DNA of 64,000 bases from Scenedesmus sp. PABB004 (lineage: Eukaryota): assembly GCA_014905635.1 (NCBI GenBank), contig JABVCE010000014.1, positions 744,001 through 808,000 on the forward strand. Reading direction: 5' to 3'. This document shows, piece by piece, positions 30,930 to 43,999 of this stretch; position 1 is the stretch's first letter; each line of letters opens with the position of its first letter. A program made the position numbers and the translations under genes. The notes below the pieces were generated by a model, which did not search any database, had not been told where the DNA came from, and saw nothing but the letters and a program-made list of their open reading frames with translations.

Positions 30930-32674
30930 CGCGCGCCGCCGCCCGCTCGGTGGCCGGCTGAGCTGCGCGGAAACCGCACGCACGCTCAGCCGCCCCATCT
31001 CGCCCCCGCTGCAGGCTCTCCCGCGCGGCAGCGCCTGCCCGGTCGCGCCCCCGCTCAGCCGCGCGCCCGCGCCACGCCCAGCTGCAGCTGCTGCTGCAGC
31101 TCCGCCGCCAGCGCGCGCGCGGCCGCAAGCTCGGCGGCGAGCTGCTGATCCCTCGCGCCCGCGGCCGCGAGCTCGGCAGCCTGCTGCTGCTCCCTCGCGC
31201 CCGCGGCTGCCAGCTCGGCAGCCTGCTGCTGCTCCCTCGCGGCCGCGGCCTCGGCCGCCAGCTCCTTGGCCGCCAGCGCGCCTGCGGGCGTGGCGAGGCG
31301 GCGGGCAGCGCGTCGCACGCCCAATCCCGCACGCCAGCGCGAGGCCAGCCGCTCAGCACCTGCGCCGGCCCCGCTCACCGCGTGCCGCCGCCAGCTGCGC
31401 GTTCTTGTGCGCCAGCAGCGCCCTGCACAGCGCCTCGTCATCGGGGCACAGCTCCTCCAGCTGCTGGGCGACCGTGGGCGCGTCCTCCTGCGGCGGCGCG
31501 GCGGGGTCGTGTGTCAGCTGTCGTGTGCAGCAGGAGTGCAGGCTGCTGCTGCAGTGGGCGGTCTGAAAGGGCGACTGCCGCTTACGTTTGACCACAAGTT
31601 GATGGCGTCCTCATCGTCCTCACTATCGACGTCGCCACCAGCAAAGCCCGTGCCAAAGAGACGCAGACGCACCAGCCGCGTCGCGCCCACCAGGCTGGCC
31701 ACGCCGGCCGCGCCCAGCCGCGGCGCTTCAGCGAGCTTCAGGTCCTGCAGCGCGGTCAGCGCGCGCGCCAGGTGCGCCACGTCGGCGTTGCTCACGCAGT
31801 CGCCCGTCAGGTGCAGCAATGTCAGCTTGCTCAGCGAGCCGAGGCGCGCGCAGCTTGTGCGGGGCCCGGCTGCGTGCACGAGCCGCAGCTGCCACAGCCC
31901 GGGGCAGGCGCCGACCAGGGCGTCCAGCTCGGCCTGCGCCATTCGCGCGCCTGGCCCGCTGACAGTGCAAAAGATGGTCAGGTCACGCAGCGCCGGCAGC
32001 GCGCGCGCAAACAGGCGCGCCCCCGTGCCGGGCGCCACAGCGCTGCCAGACAGCACCAGGCACGACAGCTGTGTGAGCGCCGCGATGCTGCTGGCAGACT
32101 CGGCGCAGCCGGCCAGGATCTGGTGCTGGTACCCAAAGTCCAGGACCAGCTCCTGCAGCCGGGCCAGGCGCGGCAGCACGCGCAGCAGCGCCGAAGTGGT
32201 GGCGCTGTCGCCGGCCTCCCACAGGTGCAGCGTTAGCGCCGAGAGGCGCGTGAGCGGCGCGAACGCTGCGGCCGGGTCGACCAGCGTGATGTCACGGAGG
32301 CGCAAAAACTCCAGGCCCGTGAGGTGCGCGAGGGCGGCGGGGGCCGCCGCGCCGCCTTGCAGGCCGTCCAGCTCCAGGCGCGTGAGCGCGGGCGGCAGCA
32401 GCGGGACGTGCGTTGGCCCTGGTGCGCCGTACATACACACCTCCAGGTGCCGCAGCCCCGTCAGCGCGGCCGCAGCCGAGAGCGCGGCACTGGCGAGGGG
32501 GTGGCCGGAGATGACGAGCTCTGTCAGCGCCGGCATGCGCGGCAGCGCCGCCAGCACCTCGTCAGACAATGCGCCCTCCCAACCTCGCATTTGCAGCTCG
32601 CACAGGCCGGGGCACAGCAGGGCGGCGGGGAAGGTGCACTCTTTCATGTGCAGGCGGGTCAGCGCCGGCAGCGG

Positions 32675-32733
<59 letters not shown>

Positions 32734-33723
32734 CGCCGCGCAGCGCCACGCCCATGCCAGTGCACTTCAGGCTGCGCAGCTGGGGCAGCAACAGCGGCAG
32801 CTCCAGCGGCACGTAACAGTATTCGAGGGCGGTGGCGTCCAGGCTCGCCACGCCGCGCCCGCGCCCCGCCAGCCAGCCGCTGAGCGCGGCGCCGCGCTCC
32901 TCTGCTTTAAAAACGTCGCCAAACTCTATGCACACGTCCCTGCTGGCCGCGGCCGCCGCGTCGGCCCAGGCGCGGCACACAAGCGCGGCCGCGCCCAGGC
33001 GCTCGTGCAGTTCCAGCTCCGCCAGCACGCGCGGCAGCACCTCCGCCGGCAGCCGCGCAAAGGGCGACGCGCCCTGCGGCTCGTGACCGGGGCGGCGCAG
33101 GGAGGGTCAGGCGCGCAGTCGGCGGGGGTGCGGCGCTGGCTCGCGGGGCGGCCGCGGCGCGGGGCGCACGCAGCAGCGGCGCGCGCACGGCCCCCGCGCC
33201 GCCGCCGGCCGCCGGCCGCCGGCCGCTGGCGCCCGCCCTTGATCCGTGCTCACCGTATCGCCGGTATCCATGGGCGCGGCGCTGCAGGCGGGGCCGGGGC
33301 CAGGCGCGGCCGCGGCGGGCGGCGCGGCGCAAGGGCGAGCAGCGGCGGCGGCGCCGCCTCCTCGCGGCCGGGCGGGCTGGGCGGGGCTGCGGGGCGGCAC
33401 CGGGAGAGGGCGAGGGCGCAGGAGCACGCTGCAGCGACCAGGCGCCCGGGGGGGGGGCGCGGACGGGCGCGGCGCGGTTCGAACTGGCGTGCGTGTGGCG
33501 CGGGCGCAGGCGCGCGCAGCGTGTGGGCGCCAGGCGGCTGCGGCGAGTGTTGCTGAGTCATGGCGGCGCCCGCACCACACGGCGACTGCGGCGCGCGGCA
33601 GGGCAGTGCGCGCAGAACCGCCGCCGGCTCCGGCGGCGCCGGCCGCTCACGGCGCGGTTGCTGAGGAAGCGGCAGAGCTGGAGGAGCGGCGCGGCGGGCC
33701 CTCTGCGCGACGGCGCCATTGCC
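30930..33723 (-). repeat. Repeat unit copy 4 (circularly permuted: starts and ends inside the spacer)
   Basis: On the minus strand it begins at GGCAATGGCGCCGTCGCGCAGAGGG (~33723) and ends at ..CCACCGAGCGGGCGGCGGCGCG (~30930). In the tandem array these two points are only ~40 nt apart (~36990 and ~37031). Confidence 0.8.
31055..33271 (-). CDS. F-box/LRR/coiled-coil gene copy 4 (apparently intact, 4 exons)
   Basis: Micro-exon MDTGDT|GT, then an open ~500-aa exon 2 with F-box, poly-Gly (GGC)n linker and LRRs. Exon 3 EDAPTVAQQLEELCPDDEALCRALL; exon 4 has three AAELAAA units. Confidence 0.85.
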
Positions 33724-33831
33724 AGCTGGACGACAGCGCGGTTACCACCGGCCGCGCGCGCCGCCGCCGCCCAGGCACGCCCCCGCCCCGCCGACGGATC
33801 ATCACGCCGCTCGGCACCGCCGTCGCCCAGC

Positions 33832-34896
33832 TCAGAGGATGTAGTAAAAGGGGTTTGGCAGCTTGAACGCCGCCGGCGCCGCGTGGTCGCCGTTGAGGTC
33901 GCTGAACTGGTCCCCCACGAGCCCCGACAGCGCGTACGCGCCGCCCGCGAGCAGCTGCGCGCGCGCCGCCGGCTTGAAGACCGACGCGAGGCGCGTGTCG
34001 TTGGCGCCGCGCATCAGCAGCGCGTCGAAGCAGCAGCCGCCGGGCGCGGCGGCGGCGCGCCCGCGCGCGCCGCCGGCCGCGCAGGGGCCGCCGTAGCCCG
34101 CGGCCGCGAGGTTGGCGAGCGTCGCCGCGCGGCTCACCTCGCGGCGCCCCGTGACGAGCGCGAGCGCAAAGCCCGCGCGGCAGAGCGCGCCGTACAGTTG
34201 CGCCACGGGCGCGAGCGGCGGCGCGGCCGCGGCCGCGACCCACTTGTCCCAGGGCCACGCCTCGGGCGAGAGGATCTGCGCCATGTTTGACAGCAGCGTC
34301 TCGTCGATGTCAAAGACCACGAGCGGCGCCGGCGATGCCGCCGCCGCCCCGGCGCCGGCGCCGGCGCGCAGCAGGCTGCGCGCGCGGCGCGCCGCGCCGC
34401 GGACGGCGTCGCCGCTCTCGTTGAAGCCGAACGCGTCCATCGCGCTCCGCGCCGCGAGCTCCACCTGCGCAGGGCGTGGGCGCCGGCGGCGCGCGGCGCT
34501 CGGCGGTGGGCGAGCTCGCGCGCGGCGCGCGGAGGGCCGGCCCCCGCCCCGCACCTCCTTCCAGTAGGCGCCGCCGCTGCTCCCGTACGACGCGAGCTGG
34601 GCGCGGCAGTAGGGCGGCGACGGCCCCGCCGGGTGCAGGCTGCCGCCGGGCGCGACGGCGCCGCCGCCGAGCAAGTGAAGACATTCCGCCGCGACGCCGG
34701 CGCCGCCACCGCTCGCCCTCAGCCGCGCCGACAGCGCCGCCACCCAGCACGCCAACGCCAGCAGCGCGCAGCCGCCGAGCGCCTCCGCCGCGATGCGCAG
34801 GCTGAAGCAGCGCCGGCGCCGCTGCGTGGCGAGCCCCGAGTGGCCCCAGGCGCCGCCGCCCAGCGCCTCCAGGTCCTCTCCCGCAATGGTCTGCAT
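33832..34896 (-). CDS. Class B (HAD superfamily, plant VSP-like) acid phosphatase with N-terminal membrane anchor
   Basis: HAD motif I VVFDIDETLLSN, motif II LVTGR, motif IV VGDQFSDL and the family C-terminus FKLPNPFYYI. One in-frame intron lies at ~34466-34553. Confidence 0.92.
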   Translation of the reverse strand: MQTIAGEDLEALGGGAWGHSGLATQRRRRCFSLRIAAEALGGCALLALACWVAALSARLRASGGGAGVAAECLHLLGGGAVAPGGSLHPAGPSPPYCRAQLASYGSSGGAYWKEVRGGGRPSARRARARPPPSAARRRRPRPAQVELAARSAMDAFGFNESGDAVRGAARRARSLLRAGAGAGAAAASPAPLVVFDIDETLLSNMAQILSPEAWPWDKWVAAAAAPPLAPVAQLYGALCRAGFALALVTGRREVSRAATLANLAAAGYGGPCAAGGARGRAAAAPGGCCFDALLMRGANDTRLASVFKPAARAQLLAGGAYALSGLVGDQFSDLNGDHAAPAAFKLPNPFYYIL

Positions 34897-35209
34897 GCTG
34901 AGACTGGCTACAGCCGCTCAGGAGTGAGTTCAGGTGCGCAGGTGCGGCGCGGGTGAGGTGCTGTCGAGGCCGAGATGGCCGGCTTCCTGCGCCCGCTGTG
35001 GGCCGCCAACCCACGCGCCGACACGCACCGAGGTTGATCGGCCGGCAGGTGTGCCGGGCGAGCCGCAGGAGGAGCACGGCGCGCAGAACGAGGACTCAAC
35101 TCCCAAAGTGACGCCGGCGCGTGGCTCCAGGGAGCGCGCCCCGCCTCCCACAGCCCCGCCGCCGCGCACTCTCTCTCACAACGGCTCCGCGCAGCCCTGC
35201 GGCCGGCGA

Positions 35210-36373
35210 ATGGCCGCGGCAGCGCCCGCGCTGCGCGTGCGCCGCTCGTGCCCCGCCGCCGCCGCGCGCCGCGGGCGCTGCGCGTGCGCCGAGTGCGCGT
35301 CATGGCGGCCGCGCTGCCGCCGGAGCGGCGCTTGCCGCCTGGCGTTGAAGATATGGGTGTGCGCTTGCTCGCCGGCGCGTCGGCCGCTCCGAGCCTGGTG
35401 CTCAGCGCCGCCGAGCGCGCGCGGCTGGACGAGGGCGACGACGCTGCGTTCTACGCTCGGCCGCGCATGATGCAACACATGGGCCCCGCGGAGCTGGCCC
35501 TGCTGAGCGGCGTGTACGCGCAGCTGCTGCCGCCGGGCGCGACGGCGCTCGAGCTGTGCGCGAGCCACAGCTCCCACCTGCCGCCGGGCCTGGCGCTCGC
35601 GGCGCTGGTGGGGCAGGGAATGTGCGCGGCGGAGCTCGGCGCCAACGCGGCGCTCACGTCGTGGTTTGTCCAGGCGCGGCCGGCGCGCGGCGCGCGGCGC
35701 GCACGCGCGCCGCGCGCGCGCGCGCTCTCGCTCCCGCTGTGAGCTCGTGCTCGTGCCGCCCCATGCCGCCGCGCAGGACCTGAACCGGCAGCCGGCGCTG
35801 CCCGACTTGGCGGACGAGAGCTTTGACGCCGTGCTGGTCGTGCAGGGTATTCAGTACCTCACGCAGCCAGAGGCAGTGCTCACAGAGGTGAGGCGCAGCG
35901 CCGTCACCCCGGCCGCCCCTGTCCCGTCCCGTGCGGCCGCCGAGACCGCGCGTGCCTCGCCCCCGCGCACAGGCGCGCCGGCTGCTGCGCCCGGGCGGCG
36001 CGGTGCTGCTGGCGTTTGGGCCGCACTGCTTCCGCGAGAAGGCGCTCGCGGCCTGGCTCTCGCGGGACACGGCGCAGCGCTGCGACCTGCTGCAGCGGTG
36101 CGGCGGCCGCGCGGCGCGCCCGGCGCCCGCGTGCACAGCGCGCAGCGCCCAGCGCCCCACGCGCAGCGCCCCACGCCGACGCCGCGCCGCAGAATGCTGC
36201 GGGCCAACGGCTTTGACCAGGTGGCCGCCCTGGACCGCCTGCCCGCCGCGCAGCCGGCGCCAGCGGCAGACGGTGGCGGCGGCGGCGGCGGCGCGCAAGA
36301 GGAGCCGGCGCTCTGCATCGTCGTCGGCGTCCGGGCAGCTGCCGGGCAGGTCGACCCCGCGCTCAGCGGCGGC

Positions 36374-36405
<32 letters not shown>

Positions 36406-36736
36406 GCCGGCGGACCGCGTGGCTGAGTGGTTCACCAAGCCGGGGCTTGCGGGGCTGGCCGCGGCGGCGCGCGCCGACGGCCATAGGAGCGCCGACGCGC
36501 GTGACGGCGCCGCGCTGGGCGACGCGCCCGCGCTGCTGTCCGCGGCGGCCGCGAACGAGCGCCTCCTGGAGCAGTGGGCCGGTGCGTACGAGGTGCTCGC
36601 GTCCGACGCGCACGCGCTCGGCATCCCGCGGTCCGCCATCCCCGCGCTGCCGCGCGGCGCGGCGCCGGCGGAGATCCAGGCCGCGCTGGAGCACCTGCGC
36701 GGCATGGTCGCGAGCTTCTTGAGCGCCGGGCTGTGA
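35210..36736 (+). CDS. Class I SAM-dependent methyltransferase (type 11-like), probably plastid-targeted, multi-exon
   Basis: RLDEGDDAAFYARPRM, LELCASHSSHLP, GQGMCAAELGAN, FVQ|DLN, DESFDAVLVVQGIQYLTQPEAVLTE|ARRLLRPGG. The start is uncertain. Confidence 0.8.
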
Positions 36737-36771
36737 CGACGACTTGCGGGGCTGGGGCTCGCGCGTGGTGT

Positions 36772-36863
36772 GAGGCAGCGGCAGCTGGCCGCCGAGCTGG
36801 CGGCCGCCGCGCACGTGCTAGCGGCGGAGCTGCAGCAGCAGCTCGGCGCGGGGGCGCAGCTGA
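36772..36863 (+). pseudogene. Isolated last-exon remnant of the F-box/LRR family
   Basis: Encodes [30 protein letters not shown] with no upstream exons. It starts ~35 nt after the methyltransferase stop. Confidence 0.75.
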
Positions 36864-37480
36864 GGGCGTGTGACCGAGCAGGCGCTGCCGCGCGGGAGAG
36901 CCTGCAGCGGGGTTGACATGGGGCGGCCGAGCGTGCGTGCGGTGTGCGGGCGGCTGAGCCGGCCACCGAGCGGGCGGCGGCGGCGGCGCGGATGGGAGCT
37001 GCGGGGCGGGCGGCAGGCAAGCAAGCGAGCGGCAACGGCACCATCGCGCAGAGGGCCCGCCGCGCCGGTCCTGCAGCTCCGCCGCTTCTTCAGCAACCAC
37101 ACCTCGAGCGGCCGGCGCCGCCGGGCCGCGGCGGCGGTTCTGCGCGCACCGCCCTGCCGCGCGCGCCGCAGTCGCCGTGTGGTGCGTCCGCCACGACTCT
37201 GCAACACTCGCGGCAGCCGCCCCGTGCCCACACACCGCGCTCGCCTGCGCCCGCACCGCACACGGCCGTTTGAACTGCGCAGCGCCCGCGCGCGCCCCCC
37301 GGCCGCCTGGTCGCTGCAGCGCCGCGTGCTCCTGCGCCCTCGCCCTCTCCCGGTGCCGCCCCGCAGCCCCGCCCGGCCCGCCCGGCCGCGAGGAGGCGGC
37401 GCCGCCGCCGCTGCTCGCCCCGCGCCGCGCCGCCCGCCGCGGCCGCGCCTGGCCCCGGCCCCGCCTGCAGCGCCGCGTCC

Positions 37481-39613
37481 ATGGCGCCCGGCGATGCGGT
37501 GAGCACGTATCAAGGGCGGGCGCCAGCGGCCGGCAGCCGGCGGCAGCGCGGGGGCCGTGCGCGCGCCGCCGCTGCGTGCGCGCGCGCGCCCGCGGCCGCC
37601 CCTGTGCGAGCCAGCGCCCGCGCCCCCCGCCGGCTGCGCACCTGAGCCTGCGCCGCCCCGGTCACGAGCCGCAGGGCGCGTCGCCCTTTGCGCGGCTGCC
37701 GGCGGAGGTGCTGCCGCGCGTGCTGTCGGAGCTGGACCTGCGCGACCGCCTGGGCGCCGCCGCGCTTGTGTGCCGCGCCTGGGCCGACGCGGCGGCCGCG
37801 GCCAGCAGGGACGTGTGCACAAATTTTAGTGACATTTATAAAGCAGAGGAGCGCGCTGCCGCGCTCAGCGGCTGGCTGGCGGGGCGCGGGCGCAGCGTGA
37901 CGAGCCTGGACACTGCGGGCTGTGGGTGCTACGAGGACCTGGAGCTGCCGCTGCCGCTGCCCCAGCTGCGCAGCCTGAAGTGCTTTCTCACGGGCGTGGC
38001 GCTGCGCGGCGGCGGCGGCGGCGGCGGGTCCCCGCTCCCTGCGCTGACCCGCCTGCACATGGACAGCAGCTATTTGCACACTGGCCTGCTGTGCCCCGGG
38101 CTGCGCGAGCTGCACGTGAACTACTGCAAAGGGGCATCGTTCGTCAGGGTGCTGGCAGCGCTGCCGCACATGCCAGCGCTGACAGAGCTCGTCATCATGG
38201 GCCCCGCCGGCGCGTCGCTCTCGGGCGTGGCCGCGATCTCGGCCGCGGGCGCGCTCTGTGCGGCGGCCGCGCTGACGGGGCTGCGGCACCTGGTGCTGGA
38301 AGTGGACGACGCACCAGGGCCAACGCACGTCCCGCCGCTGCCGCCTGCGCTCACGCGCCTGGAGCTGGACGGCCTGGTCGGTGGCGCGGCGGGCCCCACT
38401 GCCCTCGCGCACCTCACGGGCCTGGAGGGCTTAACCCTGGGTGGTGTCACGCTGTTGGACCCGGCCGCAGCGTTCGCGCCGCTCACGCGCCTGACAACGC
38501 TTTATCTGCGCCTGTGGAAGGGCGGAGACAGGGCTGCCGCCACGTGGGCGCTGCTGCGCGTGCTGCCGCGCCTGGCCCGGCTGCATAACCTGGCCCTTGA
38601 CTTTGGGCGGGACCACCAAATCCTGGCCGGCTGCGCCGAGTCTGCCAGCAGCATCGCATCGCTCACGCGGCTGTCGCGCCTGGTGCTGCGCGGCGACAAG
38701 TTGGCGCCCGGCGCGGCGGCGCGCCTGTTCGCGCGCAGGCTGCCGTCATTGCGTGGGCTGGCCATCTCTTGCACGGTCAGCGGGCCAGGCCCGCGAATGG
38801 CGCAGGCCGAGCTGGACGCCCTGGTTGGCGCCTGCCCTGGCCTGCAGGGGCTGGACCTTTTCAAGACTGCCGAGCCCGGTACAAGCTGCGCGCGCCTCGG
38901 CCTGCTGAGCGAGCTGACGTCGCTGCACCTGGCCGGCGACTGCGTGGGCGACCACGACGCGGCGCACCTGGCGCGCGCGCTGCCTGTGCTGCAGGACCTC
39001 AGCGTAGTCAGCGCGCCGCGGCTGGGCGCGCTCGGCGTGGCCAGCCTGGTGGACGCGACGCGGCTCACGCGCTTGAAGGTGCAGGATTGTGGCTTGGATT
39101 TTGACCTGATATCCCACGTGAGCGGCCGCGGGCGCAGGGCGCCGCAAACGGCCACACGACTGCCCGCTGCACGCCTGCACACGCGCGCCGCCCCCGCCCC
39201 CGCCCACGTCGCCGCAGGAGCACGCGTGGTGGACGGTGTCGCGCCAGCTGGATCGGCTGTGCTGGGCCGACGACTTGCTGTGCAGGGCGCTGCTGGCGCA
39301 CAGGAGCGAGCAGCTGGCGGCGGCGCGCGGTGAGCGGTGGCTGGCGTGGGTGCTGGGCGCACCCTGCCTCGTGCCTGCGCGGGGGACAGAGCGTCTCACG
39401 CGCTGCCTGCCGCCGCCGTGCCCTGCAGACGCGCTGGCGGCCAAGAACCAGGAGCTGGCGGCTGCGGCGGTCACAGGCGCGAGGCAGCGGCAGCTGGCCG
39501 CCGAGCTGGCGGCCGCGGGCGTGAGGGAGCAGCAGCTCGCCGCCGAGCTTGCGGCCGCGCGCGCGCTGGCGGCGGAGCTGCAGCAGCTGGGCGCGGCGCG
39601 CGGGCGCGGCTGA
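37481..39613 (+). CDS. F-box/LRR/coiled-coil gene copy 5 (apparently intact)
   Basis: Micro-exon MAPGDA|GT, then F-box [33 protein letters not shown] and an open LRR exon. Exon 3 EHAWWTVSRQLDRLCWADDLLCRALL; coiled-coil exon 4. Confidence 0.85.
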
Positions 39614-40230
39614 GCGGGCGCGACAGAGCAGGCGCCGCCGCATGCGGGCGCCTGCAGCGGGGGTGAGATGGGGCGGCCGAGCGTGCGTGCGGTGTGCGTG
39701 CGGCTGAGCCGGCCACCGAGCGGGCGGCGGCGGCGCAGATGGGAGCCGCGGGGCGGGCGGCAGGCAAGCGAGCGAGCGGCAACGGCGCCGTCGCGCAGCG
39801 GGCCCGCCGCGCCGCTCCTCCAGCTCTGCTGCTTCCTCAGCAACCTCACCGTGAGCTGCTGGTGCCGCCGGGGCCGGCGGCGGTTCTGCGCGCACCGCCC
39901 TGCCGCGCGCCGCGGTCGCCGTGTGGTGCGGCCGCCGCCACGACTCTGCAACATTCGCCGCAGCCGCCTCGCCGCCACACAGAGCGCTCGCCTGCGCCCG
40001 CGCCGCACACGCACCGTTCGAACTGAGGCCCCGCCCGTCCGCGCCTCCCGGCCCGCCTGTTCGCTGCAGCGCCGCGTGATCGGGCGCCCTCGCCCTCTCC
40101 CGGTGCCGCCCCGCCGCCCCGCCCGGCCCGCCCGGCTGCGAGGAGGCGGCGCCGCCGCCGCTGCTCGCCCCGCGCCGCGCCGCCCGCCGCGGCTGCGCCT
40201 AGCCCCGGCCCCGCCTGCAGCGCCGCGTCC

Positions 40231-42380
40231 ATGGCGCCCGGCGATGCGGTGAGCGCGGATCAAGGGCGGGTGCCAGCGGCTGGCGGCCGGCGGCGGCGCG
40301 GGGGCCGTGCGCGCGCCGCCGCTGCGTGCGCCCGCGCGCCCGCCGCCGCCGTCGCGTGAGCCAGCGCCGCGCCGCCCGCCGGCTGCGCGCCTGACCCTCC
40401 CTGCGCCGCCTCTCCGCGCGTGCCGCAGGGCGCGTCGCCCTTTGCGCGGCTGCCGGCGGAGGTGCTGCCGCTCGTGCTGTCGGAGCTGGACCTGCGCGAC
40501 CGCCTGGGCGCCGCCGCGCTTGTGTGCCGCGCCTGGGCCGACGCGGCGTCCGCGGCCAGCAGGGACGTGTGCATTGAGCTCGGCGAGCATGAACATGCAG
40601 CCCAGCAGCGCGCCGCCGCGCTCAGCGGCTGGCTGGCGGGGCGCGGGCGCGGCGTGGTCAGCCTGGACGTGACCGGCGACGACGAGGATGTGTCGCACTG
40701 GCAACACTGTTGTGTTGAGTTGAAGCTGCTGCTGCCGCTGCCCCAACTGCGCAGCCTGAGGTGTCATCGCATGGACGTGGCCCTGCGCGGCGACGACGGC
40801 GGCGGCGGCGGCGCCCCGCTGCCGGCGCTGACCCGCCTGCACATGGACGAGTGCACCTTCCCCGCCGCCCTGCTGTGCCGCGGCCTGCGCGAGCTGAGCC
40901 TGTACAGTTGCGATGGGGCATCTTCTGACGAGGTGCTGGCGGCGCTGCCGCGCATGCCGGCGCTGACAGAGCTCTTCATCGCTGGCCCCGATGGCTCCTC
41001 GCTCTCGGGGGCGGCGGCGCTCTCAGGCGCGGCCGTACTCTCGGCCGCGGCCGCGGTGACCGGGCTGCGGCACCTGGTGATGTCGTGTTGGGTGTTGCAT
41101 GACAACACGCACGCAACGACCCCTGCCGCCATCCCGCCGCTGCCGCCCGAGCTCACGCACCTGGAGCTGGACGGCCTGGACGGCAGCGCTGCGGGTCCCG
41201 CTGCCCTCGCGCACCTCACGGGCCTGGAGTTTTTGCACCTACGTGACATCACGCTCGTCGACCCGGCCGCAGCGTTTGCGCCGCTCACGCGCCTCTCGGC
41301 GCTGACGCTGGACCTGTGGAAGGGCGGCGACAGCTCCACCACGTCGGCGCTGCTGCGCGTGCTGCCATGCCTGGCCCGGCTGCGGGACCTGCAACTTGAC
41401 TTTGGGGCAGACCACCAGATCCTGGCCGGCTGCGCCGAGTCTGCCAGCAGCATCGCGTCGCTCACGCAGCTGTCACACCTGCGGCTGCGTGGCAGCGATC
41501 TGGCGCCCGGCACGGCGGCGTGCCTGTTTGCGCGCGCGCTGCCGTCACTGCGTAAGCTGCAGATTGCTTGCGTTGAGAGCACGCCAGGCCTGCGACTGGC
41601 GCAGGCCGAGCTGGACGCCCTGGTCGGCGCCTGCCCCGGCCTGCGGCAGCTGCACCTCTTTAAGATTGCCGGCCCAGGCACAAGCTGCGTCCGCCTCGGC
41701 CCGCTGAGCGAGTTGAGGTGGCTGCACCTGGCCGGCGACTGCGTGGGCGACGCCGACGTGGCGCACCTGGCGCGCGCGCTGCCTGTGCTGCAGGACCTCA
41801 GCGTGCGCAGTGCGCTGCGGCTGGGCTCCGCCGGCGCGGCCAGCCTGGTGGACGCAACGCGGCTGAGCCGTCTACAGCTTGCCTTCTGTGGTGTGCAACA
41901 CTGCATCGACGACGATGCCGACATCGACCTGACGTGCGAGGTGCGCGGCGGCGGGCGCGGGGCGTCGCCAACAGCCACGCGGCTGCCCGTCGCACGCCTG
42001 CACACGCGCGCGCCCGCCGCCACACCCCTCGCCCGCGTCGCCGCAGGAGGACCCGCCCACGGTGTCGCACCAGCTGGAGGAGCTGTGCTGCACCAACGAG
42101 GCGCTGAGCAGGGCGCTGGTGGCGCATCAGCGCCAGCAGCTGGCGGCGGCGCGCGGTGAGCGGGGGCCGGCGCTTGCGCCGGGCGCTGTGCCTCGTGCCG
42201 GCGCGGTGGGCTGATCGTCGCACGCGCTGCCTGCCGCCGCCGCCGCTGCCGCCGCGCCCCGCAGACGCGCTGGCGATTGCGGGTGCGAGGGAGCGGGAGC
42301 AGGCCGCCGAGCTGGCGGCCGCGCGCGCGCTGGCGGCGGAGCTGCGGCAGCAGCTAGGCGCGGCGCGCGGGCACAGTTGA
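40231..42380 (+). CDS. F-box/LRR/coiled-coil gene copy 6 (intact; exons 40231-40248, 40429-41940, 42047-42155, 42265-42380)
   Basis: All three introns have GT...AG ends that preserve frame, with a CTGAC branch-like motif at 40391. Encodes an F-box, roughly a dozen LRRs and a coiled-coil tail. Confidence 0.88.
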
Positions 42381-43015
42381 GCGGGGGCGCGACCGAGCAG
42401 ACGCTGCCGCGCGGGAGAGCCTGCATCGGGGACGAGATGGGGCGCCTGAGCGTGCGTGCTGCGTGCGGCTGAGCCGGCCACCGAGCGGGCGGCGGCGCGG
42501 GTGGGAGCCGCGGGGCGGGCGGCAGGCAAGCAAGCGAGCGGCAACGGCACCATCGCGCAGAGGGCCCGCCGCGCCGGTCCTGCAGCTCCGCCGCTTCTTC
42601 AGCAACCACACCTCGAGCAGCCGGCGCCGCCGGGGCCGGCGGCGGTTCTGCGCGCACCGCCCTGCCGCGCGCCGCGGTCGGCGTGTGGTGCGGCCGCCGC
42701 CCCCGCTCTGCAACACTCGCCGCAGCCGCCCCGTGCCCACACACACCGCGCTCGCCTGCGCCCGCACTGCACACGCGCCGGCGCGGCGGCCTGCTGTTCA
42801 AACTTGAAACATCTGCTCGCGCCGGGAGAGCGACCCCGCGCGGCGCCCACGGTCGCAGAGCGCGTTGATCGGACCCCGGAGCATCAGGGGGCAGGCGTGC
42901 GCGACCGCAGCGCAGGCCGCGACCGCGCCCACACCGGGGGCGGCCTCGCTCGCTCCCTGCCGGGGCAGCGCAGCGCCCTGCATGCCGGCGTGACGGGCAC
43001 GGCCGGTGCGTCGCC

Positions 43016-43957
43016 ATGAGCGGCCGCAGCAGGCGCGTGGTGCAGAACCGGAGCCGCGCCGTGGTGGCGTCGGCCCTGGAGCAGCTCCAGGCGGCCAAGA
43101 GCGGCGCCAAGCGCGTCGACACGTTCGCGCTCAAGGAGGAGGAGGCCGTGTACGATGTGGTGGACGAGGAGGACTACGCCCAGCTCGTCACCAAGCGCCG
43201 CATCGAGCACGGTGCGCGGCCGCGCAGCAGCCCACGCCCACGCGCTGCCGGGCCGGGCACCGTCGCCTGTGGCTCCCGCGTCGCTCCGCCGGCGCCCGCC
43301 GGCGGGCGCGCCGGCGGCGCGGCGCGGCGCGGCGCGGCCGCCGGGCGCTGCTGCCGCGGCGCGCCGGCGTTTGAAACCGGGGCCGCCCCGTCGCAGGCGA
43401 CTTCATCGAGAACGACGACGGCGACGACTACATGGAGACGGGTGAGGAGGACGAGCTCTTCAAGCAGCAGGCAGAGGGCGGCGGCGGCGGCAAGAAGCGC
43501 AAGGGCGCCTCCGACAAGGGTGCGGCGCGCCCGCGCGCCGCGCGGCGCCGCGACGCGCCGCGGCTGCGAGCGCTCACGCCGCGCTGCGCGCCGCAGACGA
43601 GAGCGCCGCCAAGCGCAAGGAGCTGGACGCGAGCCGCAACAAGGCGCGCATGAACGCGATGTTTGCCAAGCGCATGGGTGCGCACGCCGCAGCGCTGAGC
43701 GGGAACGGCAGCAACGCCCCCGGCGGCGGCCGATGGCGGCCCCGCCCGTCGCGCTCACGCGACGGCCCGTGCCCACGCCGCCCCCGCGCCGCGCGCCCGC
43801 AGCCCAGAAGCCCGCCGCGGCGCCGCGCGGGCAGGCGCCGGCGGCGGACGCGGGGCAGGAGGACGCGCTGCTGGGTGACATCCTCAGCGGCATCGGCGGC
43901 GACGCCCCGGCGGCGCCGGAGCCGGCCAAGCCGCGCGCCGCGCCGCCGCTGCGCGCG

Positions 43958-43999
<42 letters not shown>

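Larger units (their letters stand above)
36772..42778 (+). repeat. Tandem array of the repeat unit: 3' remnant + spacer, copy 5, spacer, copy 6, spacer (period ~2750 bp)
   Basis: The ATGs of copies 5 and 6 are at 37481 and 40231. The last-exon/spacer block recurs at 36772-37262, ~39480-40015 and ~42290-42778. Confidence 0.9.

Noticed and set aside
37020..37130. Conserved antisense mini-ORF in the spacer (..VAEEAAEL.[D/E]RRGGPSAR..)
   Set aside because: There is no consistent start, stop or splice sites across copies; the conservation is explained by recent duplication.
36772..42778. LTR/TRIM retrotransposon interpretation of the three ~500 bp direct repeats
   Set aside because: I saw no TG...CA ends, PBS, PPT or TSD. 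The repeat begins inside a coding exon, other copies have different ends, and all introns are retained.
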